Assembly (NCBI GenBank): GCA_965208575.1
Contig: CBDBOV010000005.1
Location: 480,001-544,000 of the forward strand
Length of the DNA: 64,000 nucleotides
Source of the DNA: Spirochaetia bacterium
GTDB taxonomy: Bacteria > Spirochaetota > Spirochaetia > SZUA-6 > Bin103
Direction: 5' to 3'
Below are positions 48,851-58,449 of this stretch, piece by piece. Positions within the stretch are counted from its first letter, which is position 1. Every line of letters starts with the position of its first letter. The notes under the pieces were generated by a model that was given only the letters and a program-made list of their open reading frames with translations, was not told the DNA's origin and did not search any database. Position numbers and translations under genes: made by a program.

Positions 48851-49048
48851 GTGCTTTTGACTGACGGCGAATTCGCTTCCATCCTGAGTGACGACACCAA
48901 GCGTATCGAGCAGGACCTTGCCTGGAATGAGGACGAGGACCACTCCCCGGCGTTTGAGTTCCGTGTCAACGTCGACTCGACGAGTGGGTGGCCGTTGTTC
49001 GTAAAGGGACGCTACAACGCGGCGGCCGGGACGCTGAATTACGTGTAA
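48851..49048 (+). pseudogene. Short, probably truncated partner of the DUF1828-like gene
   Basis: 65 aa ORF whose TAA overlaps the next ATG. Confidence 0.45.
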
Positions 49049-49827
49049 TGAAAGACCGTTGCGTGTACCAGGATCTGCAGCGAGAGATCGGCGCATTGTT
49101 CACGTGTTCAGATCACGGCGAATATCAGAGAATACGCACGCCCTATCTCTACCCGGACGGCGATCACATCGATCTCTTCTGTAAGGTTGTCGATGACGTA
49201 GTGACGGTAAGCGACCTCGCTGAGACCACGGGTTGGCTGCGCATGCAGTCGCTGGCCATGCGCCGTTCTCCGAAGCAAAGACGACTTATAGAAGATACTT
49301 GTGTGACTCATGGGATAGAGCTCTACCGCGGAATGCTTCAGGCGCGGTGCCGTCGCGGCGACGAATTGGCTTCCGTCGTTACGCGGGTCGCGCAGGCGGC
49401 TCTGCGGGTTTCCGACTTGTGGTTTACGTTTCGAACGCAGGCCGTGCAGTCAATTACGGACGAAGTAGCAGATTTTCTCGACGACCGCGAGCTAGGATTC
49501 GAGCGCTCCGAGAGACTCGCCGGCCGGTCGGGACGTGGTTGGACGGTCGATTTCCACGTTCGGGCCGAGTCTCGAAGTTCATTGGTTCAGGTGCTGAGCA
49601 CCGGAAATCGGGCGGCGGCCCACCGAGTCTCCGAGCATGTGTTGGCGGCGTGGCACGATCTAAATCACCTTGCAGCCGGGCCGGAAGCGCTAACCTTCGT
49701 TTCGCTGTTCGACGACACCGCCGACGTATGGGCGGATGAGGACTTTCGGTTGGTCGAGCCGCTGTCCATAGTGTCACGCTGGTCGCGGCCCGACGAACTC
49801 GCCGCTGTTCTGAGCGGGGCAGCATGA
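49048..49827 (+). CDS. DUF1828/DUF1829-like protein
   Basis: IRTPYLYPDGDHIDLF...VSDLAET, plus a C-terminal restriction-like LAGRSGRGWTVDF. Confidence 0.7.
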   Translation: MKDRCVYQDLQREIGALFTCSDHGEYQRIRTPYLYPDGDHIDLFCKVVDDVVTVSDLAETTGWLRMQSLAMRRSPKQRRLIEDTCVTHGIELYRGMLQARCRRGDELASVVTRVAQAALRVSDLWFTFRTQAVQSITDEVADFLDDRELGFERSERLAGRSGRGWTVDFHVRAESRSSLVQVLSTGNRAAAHRVSEHVLAAWHDLNHLAAGPEALTFVSLFDDTADVWADEDFRLVEPLSIVSRWSRPDELAAVLSGAA

Positions 49828-50012
49828 CAAGCACTCCGGATCCAGGAGCACGGCGTGGGCGAGATCATTTCGCGGTTCGATGGTGATCCGCGAGGTGCTG
49901 GAAGCCGACGATGGCAGGTCGCATGGAGTATCCGTGAGCCAGGAGCAGCCCATAGCCGACGTGGATCGACGGCTCTGCGCGGCGTGTCGCGACCCCAGGA
50001 CATAGTGCGAAG

Positions 50013-51146
50013 ATGAGCAACGGCGAGTTGAACTGGATCGCGAACTACATCTGGGGCATCGCCGACGATGTCCTGCGCGACCTGTACGTGCGCGGCAAGT
50101 ACCGCGACGTGATCCTGCCGATGACCGTGCTGCGGCGCCTCGACGCGGTATTGGAGGATAGCAAGCAGGCGGTCCTGGACATGAAGGCTTCGCTCGACGC
50201 CGCCGGAGTGGTGGAGCAGGACCCCGCCCTGCGCCAAGCGGCCGGTCAGGCGTTCTACAATACCTCCCGCTTCACCCTGAGCGACCTGCGCGCTCGCGCC
50301 AACCCGCAGCAGCTCGCCGCCGACTTCACGGCGTACCTCGACGGGTTCTCGCCTAACGTGCAGGACATCCTCGGCAACTTCGAGTTCCGCAACCAGATCC
50401 CGCGCCTGTCCCGTGCCGACGCCCTGGGCACCCTGATCGAGAAGCTCACCTCGCCCGACATCAATCTGAGCCCCGCTGCGGTTCGCAACGCCGACGGCTC
50501 GGTCAAGCATCCCGGGCTCGACAACCACGGCATGGGCACGATCTTCGAGGAGCTCGTGCGCCGTTTCAACGAGGAGAACAACGAGGAGGCGGGCGAGCAC
50601 TGGACCCCGCGCGACGCCGTTCGGTTGATGGCGAAGCTGGTCTTCCTGCCCATCGCCGATCAGATCACTTCCGGCACCTACTTGCTGTACGCCGGCGCCT
50701 GCGGCACCGGCGGCATGCTGACCGTGGCCGAGGAGACGCTGCAGGAACTCGCCGCCGAACACGGCAAGGAGGTCGCCACCCACCTGTACGGCCAGGAGAT
50801 CAACGCCGAGACCTTCGCCATCTGCAAGGCAGACCTGCTGCTGAAAGGGGAGGGCGAGGCCGCTGACAACATCGTGGGCGGCCCCGAGCACTCCACCCTG
50901 TTCAAGGACGCCTTCCCGTCGCACGAGTTCGACTTCATGCTCTCCAATCCGCCCTACGGCAAGAGCTGGAAGACCGACTTGGAGCGGATGGGCGGCAAGC
51001 GCGACATGCGCGACCCCCGCTTCGTGATCGAGCACGCGGGCGATCCCGAGTACTCGCTGGTGACCCGCTCCAGCGACGCCCAGATGCTGTTCCTGGCCAA
51101 CAAGCTCTCCAAAATGAAGCAGGCCACCGCCCTCGGCAGCCGCATC
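50013..51146 (+). pseudogene. hsdM: Truncated type I methyltransferase copy
   Basis: Near-identical to the 55067 copy up to ALGSRI. Motif I is altered (LYAGACG vs LYDGACG) and the C-terminal part is lost. Confidence 0.88.
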
Positions 51147-51282
51147 CGCCAACCCGTAGTCAAGGTTCCTGTTGACTCGTTCACGATCTGTAGTAATGCT
51201 AGCTTGAGCGACAGCAGGCATGCTTGGCCGGTGGCTCGGTCGGGCATGCTGGTGAATAGCGCCGGGCGAGAGAGGAGCAACC

Positions 51283-53061
51283 ATGCGGATATCGAGAATC
51301 CAGATTCAGAACTTTCGGAACTTCAAGGCTCTCGATGTTTGTCTGGGGCGCAGCACGGTGATCGTCGGCGAGAATAAGATCGGAAAGACGAACCTGCTGC
51401 ACGCGATTCGGCTCGTCCTTGACCCGTCGTTGCCTGACACTGCGCGGCAGTTGAGGGATGAGGACTTCTGGGACGGGCTACCGCGGCCGGTAGCTCGGGA
51501 ACAAAAGATTACGGTCTCGATTGATCTGGCGGAGTTTGAGGAGGACGAGAACCAAGTTGCATTGCTGTGTGAGCATCTAGTGGAGCCTGAGCCAATGGTT
51601 GCTCGATTGACGTATGTCTTTCAGTGTTTAGACACCGTCGAGGGCGAGCCTACCAAGGAGTCCGACTACGAGTTTTTCCTCTACGGTGGAGATAGGCCAG
51701 AAAGCCGTCTGGATTTTGGTCTTAGGCACCGTCTACCTCTTGATTTGTTGCCGGCACTTCGCGACGCTGAGGGCGACCTTGGAAGCTGGCGACGTTCTCC
51801 TCTACGCCCGCTCCTCGACGGTGTGGGCGGACGTATTAGTCGGGACGAACTTAGGACGCTTTCCGAGAACATTTCCGCAGCTACCGAAGCTGTGGCGCAG
51901 AACGAGGAAGTGAAGGGCCTCGTCCAGGCTATCAATACTCGCGTGGCCGATATGGTGGGTTCCAATCACTCTGTGGAGACAGAACTCGGCTTTTCTCCGG
52001 GTGATCCAGGGCGGCTGTTGCGAGCGTTGCGCCTGTTCATAGATGGGAGAAGGCGCGAGATCGGAGCTGCAAGCCTGGGATCAACGAACGTGCTCTACCT
52101 CACGCTTAAGGCTCTCGGACTTGATCAAGCAGTCGCGGATGGACAGCGCCATCACACGTTTCTGGCAATAGAGGAGCCGGAGGCGCACCTGCATCCTCAT
52201 CTTCAGCGACTCGTCTACCGCGACTTTCTTCGTTCTGAGGAGCAGCAAGACGACCCACGACCAATAACGGTCATCCTCACGACGCACTCACCGCACATTG
52301 TGAGCGTCGCGCCGCTGCACTCCCTTGTCCTGCTGCGCAAGGCGAGTGATGGCCAGAGTAGCGAGGGTGTATCGACGGCCCAACTAGAACTCACGCCTGA
52401 AGTTGTGGCCGACCTAGAGCGATATCTTGACGTTACTCGCGGCGAAATGCTCTTCGCTAAGGGCGTGCTTCTTGTCGAAGGTGACGCCGAGCGTTTCCTT
52501 CTGCCCTCTCTTGCCAATGCTAATGGGATCGATTTCGACGAGCTCGGGATTACCGTATGCTCCGTAGCGGGTACGAATTTTTTGCCTTACATGGAGTTGC
52601 TCGGTGACTGCGGGTTGCAGATCCCTGTAGCTGTCGTGACAGATGGAGATCCGGTAGACGACGGGAAGAAGCGTGGAGAGGCTCGAGTCCGAAGGCTACT
52701 CAAGGCTATCGTTGCACCGGAGGATTTGGACGGACGCACGAGAAGTCAGAGGCTGTGTATGGCAAGGGAACGAGGGCTCTTCGTTGGAGAACACACTTGT
52801 GAGATAGACCTGTTTCGGAGTGGCCTCCATGACGAGATCAGTCAGACACTGTTCGATCTCGCTCCGGGCGACGCTGTAAGGACTAGGGCGCAGCAATGGC
52901 AGGCCGAGCCAGATAGTGTGGATCCGGCTCGGCTTATGAAGGACATAACTGCGATCGGGAAGGGTCGCTTTGCGCAACACTTATCGACGCAGATCACCGC
53001 TGGGGTGTGGCCAGACTACATTGGAGAAGCCGTGACGTATGTCCGCAATCGCTGCCGTTAG
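51283..53061 (+). CDS. gajA: OLD-family ATP-dependent nuclease (GajA-like)
   Basis: GENKIGKT, IEEPEAHLHP, LTTHSP, and TOPRIM motifs LLVEGDAE and TDGD. Confidence 0.85.
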   Translation: MRISRIQIQNFRNFKALDVCLGRSTVIVGENKIGKTNLLHAIRLVLDPSLPDTARQLRDEDFWDGLPRPVAREQKITVSIDLAEFEEDENQVALLCEHLVEPEPMVARLTYVFQCLDTVEGEPTKESDYEFFLYGGDRPESRLDFGLRHRLPLDLLPALRDAEGDLGSWRRSPLRPLLDGVGGRISRDELRTLSENISAATEAVAQNEEVKGLVQAINTRVADMVGSNHSVETELGFSPGDPGRLLRALRLFIDGRRREIGAASLGSTNVLYLTLKALGLDQAVADGQRHHTFLAIEEPEAHLHPHLQRLVYRDFLRSEEQQDDPRPITVILTTHSPHIVSVAPLHSLVLLRKASDGQSSEGVSTAQLELTPEVVADLERYLDVTRGEMLFAKGVLLVEGDAERFLLPSLANANGIDFDELGITVCSVAGTNFLPYMELLGDCGLQIPVAVVTDGDPVDDGKKRGEARVRRLLKAIVAPEDLDGRTRSQRLCMARERGLFVGEHTCEIDLFRSGLHDEISQTLFDLAPGDAVRTRAQQWQAEPDSVDPARLMKDITAIGKGRFAQHLSTQITAGVWPDYIGEAVTYVRNRCR

Positions 53062-54865
53062 ACCATCATCCACGTACCGGTATGCCGTCGAGGAGCTTCG
53101 AGGAAACCCCGGTCAGTGGCAGGCCTACAATGCCGTACGGCACTGCGCTGTACTTGCGGGCCCGGGCAGCGGCAAGACGAAGACACTCACGGTGAAGATT
53201 GCGAAATTGCTGGTCGAGAGCGTCCGGGAGCCACGCGGGTTGGCTTGTATCACCTACAATTCGGAGTGCGCACGCGAGCTAGTGACCAGACTCGAACGGT
53301 TAGGAGTCTATAGAGCTGACCACGTCTTCATCGGTACCGTTCACTCGTTCTGCCTCAGGAGGGTATTGATCCCCTACGTCGCTCTATCGGCGATCGAACT
53401 TCCGCAGGACTTCCGGGTAGCACAACCGAGTGAACAGGATACCCTATTCGGCCGAGCAGTCGAACTGGCAATCGGCGCGGACGAGCCACCGGGGCGCTGG
53501 AGGACACGAGCCGATGAGTACCGGCGCACGCACCTCGATCGAAGCTCCGACGAGTGGCAGGAGGACGAGCAGCTCGCATCACTCGTCGCCGAATACGAGT
53601 GCCTGTTGCGACAACGCGGGATGATCGACTTCGACGATATGGTGCTGTTGGGGCTGAGACTGATTGAGTCGCAGCGCTGGGTGCGAAGGGCGCTCCACGC
53701 GAAGTTCCCGTTCATCATCGTGGACGAATACCAAGATCTGGGCGTTCCACTTCATCGGATCGTGCGGAGCCTGTGCTTTCAAGCTGGTTCGTGTCTGTTT
53801 GCTGTTGGTGACCCTGATCAGTCGATCTATGGTTTCAACGGAGCTCGTCCCGAGCTACTTCGCCGCTTGGCTGATTCGCCACGCGTGGAGTCGATTCGTT
53901 TGCCGTTCAACTACCGCAGTGGTCCTACGATTGTCCGGGCCTCGGAAGTCGCCCTAGGTGAGGTGCGAGGCTACGAAGCACGAGGTGTTGGCAGGGGAAC
54001 TGTCGACCTACACGAGCGTCGGGGCGGTCTTCGAGACCAAGCACGGTACATCTGTGGGCAACTGATTCCAAATGCGATGGAGCGCGTCGAAGGCTTGCGG
54101 ATCGGTGATGTTGCTGTGCTCTATCTGGACAAGAATGACGGAGACGTGATTGCTGGGGTGGCAAGCGAGCATCGTGTTCCAACCATGAGAATAGACAGGG
54201 GCGCCCCCTACCCGAAGGCGCCGTTGACACGGTGGTTAGAAGACTGTGCCGCGTGGTGTGGAGGTGGCTGGAAGGTTGGCGCCCCCAGGTTGTCGTCCCT
54301 CCTGGCTACCTGGGCCTCGATCGTGAGGATCCCTGTCTCGTCTGATGCGCGATGGCATCACCACAAGGTGTGCTTGGTGCGCTTCCTTTTGTCGCATCGG
54401 AGTGGCGAGCTACCGCTTCGGGATTGGCTGACGAGGTTCTGGAAGGATTGTCTTGGTACACTCGACTCGGACACTACGCTGCGCGACGAGCGGGATGTGC
54501 TGGCGAGCGTCACCGAGGCCTCCAAAGTCAACGGCGCTATCGGCGAATGGAACGTGCGTCTCTTTGGTGGACAGGGCGGTTCGCCCGATCACTTGAATCT
54601 CATCACTCTGCACAGTGCGAAGGGGCTGGAATTCAGAGTTGTCGTCATGATGGGTATGGAACAGGGAAGAATTCCGCGCTGGGACGCTAGCGAACAGAAA
54701 AAGCGCGAAGAGCGCCGGCTGTTTTATGTCGGCCTCAGCCGGGCCAAGGACGAAGTCCACTTGACCTACTCGGGCTGGACAGCGAACCAGTATGGCCGCC
54801 GGTTCTGGAACGGTCCGTCTGAATTCCTTGTGGAAATTCGTGATAGCCTCCTGACGGACGTGTAA
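53039..54865 (+). CDS. gajB: UvrD-like helicase (GajB-like)
   Basis: AGPGSGKT, VDEYQD, GDPDQSIY, NYRS, HSAKGLEF, EERRLFYV; overlaps the OLD nuclease gene. Confidence 0.82.
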   Translation: MSAIAAVRPSSTYRYAVEELRGNPGQWQAYNAVRHCAVLAGPGSGKTKTLTVKIAKLLVESVREPRGLACITYNSECARELVTRLERLGVYRADHVFIGTVHSFCLRRVLIPYVALSAIELPQDFRVAQPSEQDTLFGRAVELAIGADEPPGRWRTRADEYRRTHLDRSSDEWQEDEQLASLVAEYECLLRQRGMIDFDDMVLLGLRLIESQRWVRRALHAKFPFIIVDEYQDLGVPLHRIVRSLCFQAGSCLFAVGDPDQSIYGFNGARPELLRRLADSPRVESIRLPFNYRSGPTIVRASEVALGEVRGYEARGVGRGTVDLHERRGGLRDQARYICGQLIPNAMERVEGLRIGDVAVLYLDKNDGDVIAGVASEHRVPTMRIDRGAPYPKAPLTRWLEDCAAWCGGGWKVGAPRLSSLLATWASIVRIPVSSDARWHHHKVCLVRFLLSHRSGELPLRDWLTRFWKDCLGTLDSDTTLRDERDVLASVTEASKVNGAIGEWNVRLFGGQGGSPDHLNLITLHSAKGLEFRVVVMMGMEQGRIPRWDASEQKKREERRLFYVGLSRAKDEVHLTYSGWTANQYGRRFWNGPSEFLVEIRDSLLTDV

Positions 54866-55066
54866 CCTTGAACTATGATGGGCGATGCGTACCTAGCGTG
54901 GTTTCGGGTTGGCAAATGACTGCATCCCCGGCCATTACTTGTGGTGTAGTATTGGTTCACGGTCACGCGTTGGGGGCAGGGTGGGTATGCCGTAGGGTGT
55001 CTAGTACAGGGCTTACAGACGAGTGAACGAGCGACGGAGGCTCCGTTCGAAGGGAGTAGCGCGACG

Positions 55067-57139
55067 ATGAGGGATGGCGAGTTGAACTGGATCGCGAATT
55101 ACATCTGGGGTATCGCCGACGATGTGCTGCGCGACCTCTACGTGCGTGGTAAGTACCGGGATGTGATCCTGCCGATGACGGTGCTTCGCCGCCTCGACGC
55201 GGTGCTGGAAGGCACCAAGCGGGACGTCCTAGACATGAAGGCTTCGCTCGACGCCGCCGAAGTGGTGGAGCAGGACCCGGCGCTACGACAGGCGGCAGGC
55301 CAAGCGTTCTACAACACCTCCCGATTCACCTTGCGCGACCTGCGCGCCCGTGCCAACCGCCAGCAGCTCACCGCCGACTTCACGGTGTACCTCGACGGGT
55401 TTTCGCCCACTGTGCAGGACATTCTCGACAACTTCGAGTTCCGCAACCAGATCCCACGGCTGTCCCGCGCCGACGCCCTGGGCACCCTGATCGAGAAGCT
55501 CACCTCGCCCGACATCAACCTGAGCCCCGACCCGGTGCGCCACGCCGACGGCTCGGTCAAGCATCCCGGCCTCGACAACCACGGCATGGGCACGATCTTC
55601 GAGGAGCTGGTGCGGCGCTTCAACGAGGAGAACAACGAGGAGGCGGGCGAGCACTGGACCCCGCGCGACGCCGTGCGGTTGATGGCGAAGCTGGTCTTCC
55701 TGCCCATCGCCGACCAGATCAGCTCCGGGACCTACCTGCTGTACGACGGCGCCTGCGGCACGGGCGGCATGCTGACCGTGGCCGAGCAGACGCTGCAGGA
55801 ACTCGTCGCCGAGCGTGATAAGGAGGTTGCCACCCACCTGTACGGCCAGGAGATCAACGCCGAGACCTACGCCATCTGCAAGGCAGACCTGCTGCTGAAG
55901 GGTGAGGGCGAGGCCGCCGACAACATAGTCGGAGGCCCCGAGCATTCCACCCTGTTCAAGGACGCCTTCCCGTCGCACGAGTTCGACTTCATGCTCTCCA
56001 ATCCGCCCTACGGCAAGAGCTGGAAGACCGATTTGGAGCGCATGGGCGGCAAGCGCGACATGCGCGACCCCCGTTTCGTGATCGAGCACGCCGGCGACCC
56101 CGAGTACTCCCTGGTGACCCGCTCCAGCGACGGCCAGATGCTGTTCCTGGCCAACAAGCTTTCCAAGATGAAGCACGGCACCGCGCTCGGCAGCCGCATC
56201 GCCGAGGTACACAACGGCAGTTCGCTGTTCACCGGCGCCGCCGGTCAGGGCGAGAGCAACATCCGCCGCTGGATCATCGAGAACGACTGGCTGGAGGCGA
56301 TCGTCGCCCTGCCGCTCAACATGTTCTACAACACCGGCATCGCCACCTACGTCTGGGTGCTCACCAACCGCAAGCCCGAGCATCGCCGCGGCAAGGTGCA
56401 GCTCATCGACGCCACGGGCTGGCACCGTCCGCTGCGCAAGAATCTGGGCAAGAAGAACTGCGAGCTCGGCGAGGAGGACATCACCCGAATCTGCGATACC
56501 TTCCTCGCGTTTGAGGAGACGGAGCAGAGCAAGATCTTCGACAATGACACCTTCGGCTACTGGAGGGTCACGGTGGAGCGTCCCCTGCGAATTGAAGGAG
56601 CCGACCCCAACCGCCCCTATAAGGCCGCCGAGATCAAGAAACTCAAGGAAACCGGCGAGCGTAGCGAGACGGCGCCGCCGATCATCAGGAAGATCCACAA
56701 GCGAGGCATCGACGCTGATCCACTACACGGCCGGTTCGCAGCCTCCGTCGACGGAAAGCCGGCCGTTGTGGAGTACGAGCCCGACACCGAGATGCGCGAC
56801 ACCGAGCAGATCCCTCTGCAGGAGGCTGGTGGCATCGAAGCCTTCCTGAGGTGCGAGGTCCTGCCCTACGCCTCTGACGCTTGGTACCGGCCGGACAGCG
56901 TGCAAACCGGCTACGAGATCAGCTTCACCCGCTACTTCTATAAACCAAAACCCATGCGTACTCTGGTAGAGATACGTGCTGATATCCTCGCGCTGGAGCG
57001 AGAAACGGAGGGACTGCTGACAGACATCCTAGCACTTGAGCCGGGCATGTCGGAACTTGCGCCCCATCTGGGTGTACAACCACGTAAACGGACGCAAGGG
57101 TTGCCCCGTCATCGACATTCAGACTTGGGAACTGAGTGA
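55067..57139 (+). CDS. hsdM: Type I R-M N6-adenine methyltransferase
   Basis: YDGACGTGGM (motif I), NPPY (motif IV), FYNTGIATY. Confidence 0.93.
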   Translation: MRDGELNWIANYIWGIADDVLRDLYVRGKYRDVILPMTVLRRLDAVLEGTKRDVLDMKASLDAAEVVEQDPALRQAAGQAFYNTSRFTLRDLRARANRQQLTADFTVYLDGFSPTVQDILDNFEFRNQIPRLSRADALGTLIEKLTSPDINLSPDPVRHADGSVKHPGLDNHGMGTIFEELVRRFNEENNEEAGEHWTPRDAVRLMAKLVFLPIADQISSGTYLLYDGACGTGGMLTVAEQTLQELVAERDKEVATHLYGQEINAETYAICKADLLLKGEGEAADNIVGGPEHSTLFKDAFPSHEFDFMLSNPPYGKSWKTDLERMGGKRDMRDPRFVIEHAGDPEYSLVTRSSDGQMLFLANKLSKMKHGTALGSRIAEVHNGSSLFTGAAGQGESNIRRWIIENDWLEAIVALPLNMFYNTGIATYVWVLTNRKPEHRRGKVQLIDATGWHRPLRKNLGKKNCELGEEDITRICDTFLAFEETEQSKIFDNDTFGYWRVTVERPLRIEGADPNRPYKAAEIKKLKETGERSETAPPIIRKIHKRGIDADPLHGRFAASVDGKPAVVEYEPDTEMRDTEQIPLQEAGGIEAFLRCEVLPYASDAWYRPDSVQTGYEISFTRYFYKPKPMRTLVEIRADILALERETEGLLTDILALEPGMSELAPHLGVQPRKRTQGLPRHRHSDLGTE

Positions 57140-57420
57140 TGAAGCCTGAGCCTTCCACCGAGCGCTTCGATTGCGTTGGCTACACGCGTGACGTCCGCGA
57201 CCGAATCGGCGCCGAGATCGCGACGATGGACGACGGCGAGTTGACGCGATGCCTGCGCGGCACCCGGCCCCCGTCGCCCAATTACTCGCGCCAGACGAGA
57301 GTCTGGAGGATGGGCGTCCAGAACGGTATGATCACGATGATCGAGATCATCTTTGAACTCGCCCGGCTGCACTTCGAGCGGCTTCGGGAGCCGGATCGAA
57401 GCATCCCGACAGTCAACTAG
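57136..57420 (+). CDS. Small hypothetical protein (probable TA remnant)
   Basis: ERFDCVGYTRDVRDRIGAEIA resembles small PIN-associated proteins; the C-terminus looks scrambled. Confidence 0.35.
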   Translation: MMKPEPSTERFDCVGYTRDVRDRIGAEIATMDDGELTRCLRGTRPPSPNYSRQTRVWRMGVQNGMITMIEIIFELARLHFERLREPDRSIPTVN

Positions 57421-57432
57421 AGGAACACCGCT

Positions 57433-58443
57433 TTGAAGCCCCGGCGTGATTTGCTGGAATCCATCGCTGACACCATCAAAGACTACCGCGTCGATGACCT
57501 TCCAGAGCCGACGCCGGACCATGTCGACAAGTGGATCCGTCAGTTCGAGCCGGATGTCCAGCGACCGATGTTGCACGAGATGGATCATGTTCTGCGCCAG
57601 ACCTACTTCTCGAAAGCGGCCGTACTCGGGATTTTCGAGAGAGTGATCAAGAACGTCGAGCTGACCAACGGCGATCCTCATGGATTCTGGCGTTCAGCCC
57701 ACCTGCTCGATATTCAGCAGGACGGGAACAGCCAAGCTGATATTCGGCGACTGTTCTGCGACGCCGTCAAGCGACAGTGGGGCCTAACCACAGGTGCCGG
57801 TGAATGCGTGTTCGTGTACCTGGACGACGTGCTATTCAGTGGGAGTCGGATAGGGAACGATCTATCGGCCTGGATCACCGGTGAGTCCCCCTCGGCCGCG
57901 ACTGTACATGTGGTGGTGATCGCTGCGCACCGTTTCGGGGAGTGGAAGTGCCGAGAGCGGCTCAAGAAGGCTGCGAGCGATGTGGGCAAGCGGGTGCAGT
58001 TTCACTTCTGGTCAGCGTTGCTTATTGAAAATCGACTCTCGTACCGCAACGTATCGGAGGTACTATGGCCCGTAACTGTTCCGAACGACGACGCCCTGTC
58101 GGCGTACCTCGCAGAGGAAACGAGATTTCCCTTCAGGCCGCGAGTGCCCGGCGGACAGTCCGAACATCGGATATTTTCTTCAGAAGAGGGGCGTCAGTTG
58201 TTGGAGAGGGAGCTGTTGCTTGCCGGAATCCAAATCCGGTCATTGAGCCAGCATCCAAGTCCGGCGATGCGGCCGCTGGGATTCAGCCCGTTCGGCCTCG
58301 GCTTTGGCTCTACGATCGTAACCTACCGCAATTGCCCGAACAACGCACCGCTGGCGCTCTGGTGGGGTGATCCCGAGGCTGACCAGAATCATCCCTTTTC
58401 CGGGTGGTGGCCGCTCGTGCAGCGTAAAGCCTATGCACGGTAG
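57433..58443 (+). CDS. Phosphoribosyltransferase-fold protein (conflict-associated PRTase-like)
   Basis: PRPP-binding loop VFVYLDDVLFSGSR, following strand VHVVVIAA, C-terminal NCPNNAPLALW; GAGG RBS + TTG start. Confidence 0.75.
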   Translation: MKPRRDLLESIADTIKDYRVDDLPEPTPDHVDKWIRQFEPDVQRPMLHEMDHVLRQTYFSKAAVLGIFERVIKNVELTNGDPHGFWRSAHLLDIQQDGNSQADIRRLFCDAVKRQWGLTTGAGECVFVYLDDVLFSGSRIGNDLSAWITGESPSAATVHVVVIAAHRFGEWKCRERLKKAASDVGKRVQFHFWSALLIENRLSYRNVSEVLWPVTVPNDDALSAYLAEETRFPFRPRVPGGQSEHRIFSSEEGRQLLERELLLAGIQIRSLSQHPSPAMRPLGFSPFGLGFGSTIVTYRNCPNNAPLALWWGDPEADQNHPFSGWWPLVQRKAYAR

Positions 58444-58449
58444 AGAGGT

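Noticed and set aside
51147-51377. C-terminal extension of the first hsdM ORF
   Set aside because: Read-through into the gajA upstream region after truncation; not homologous to HsdM.
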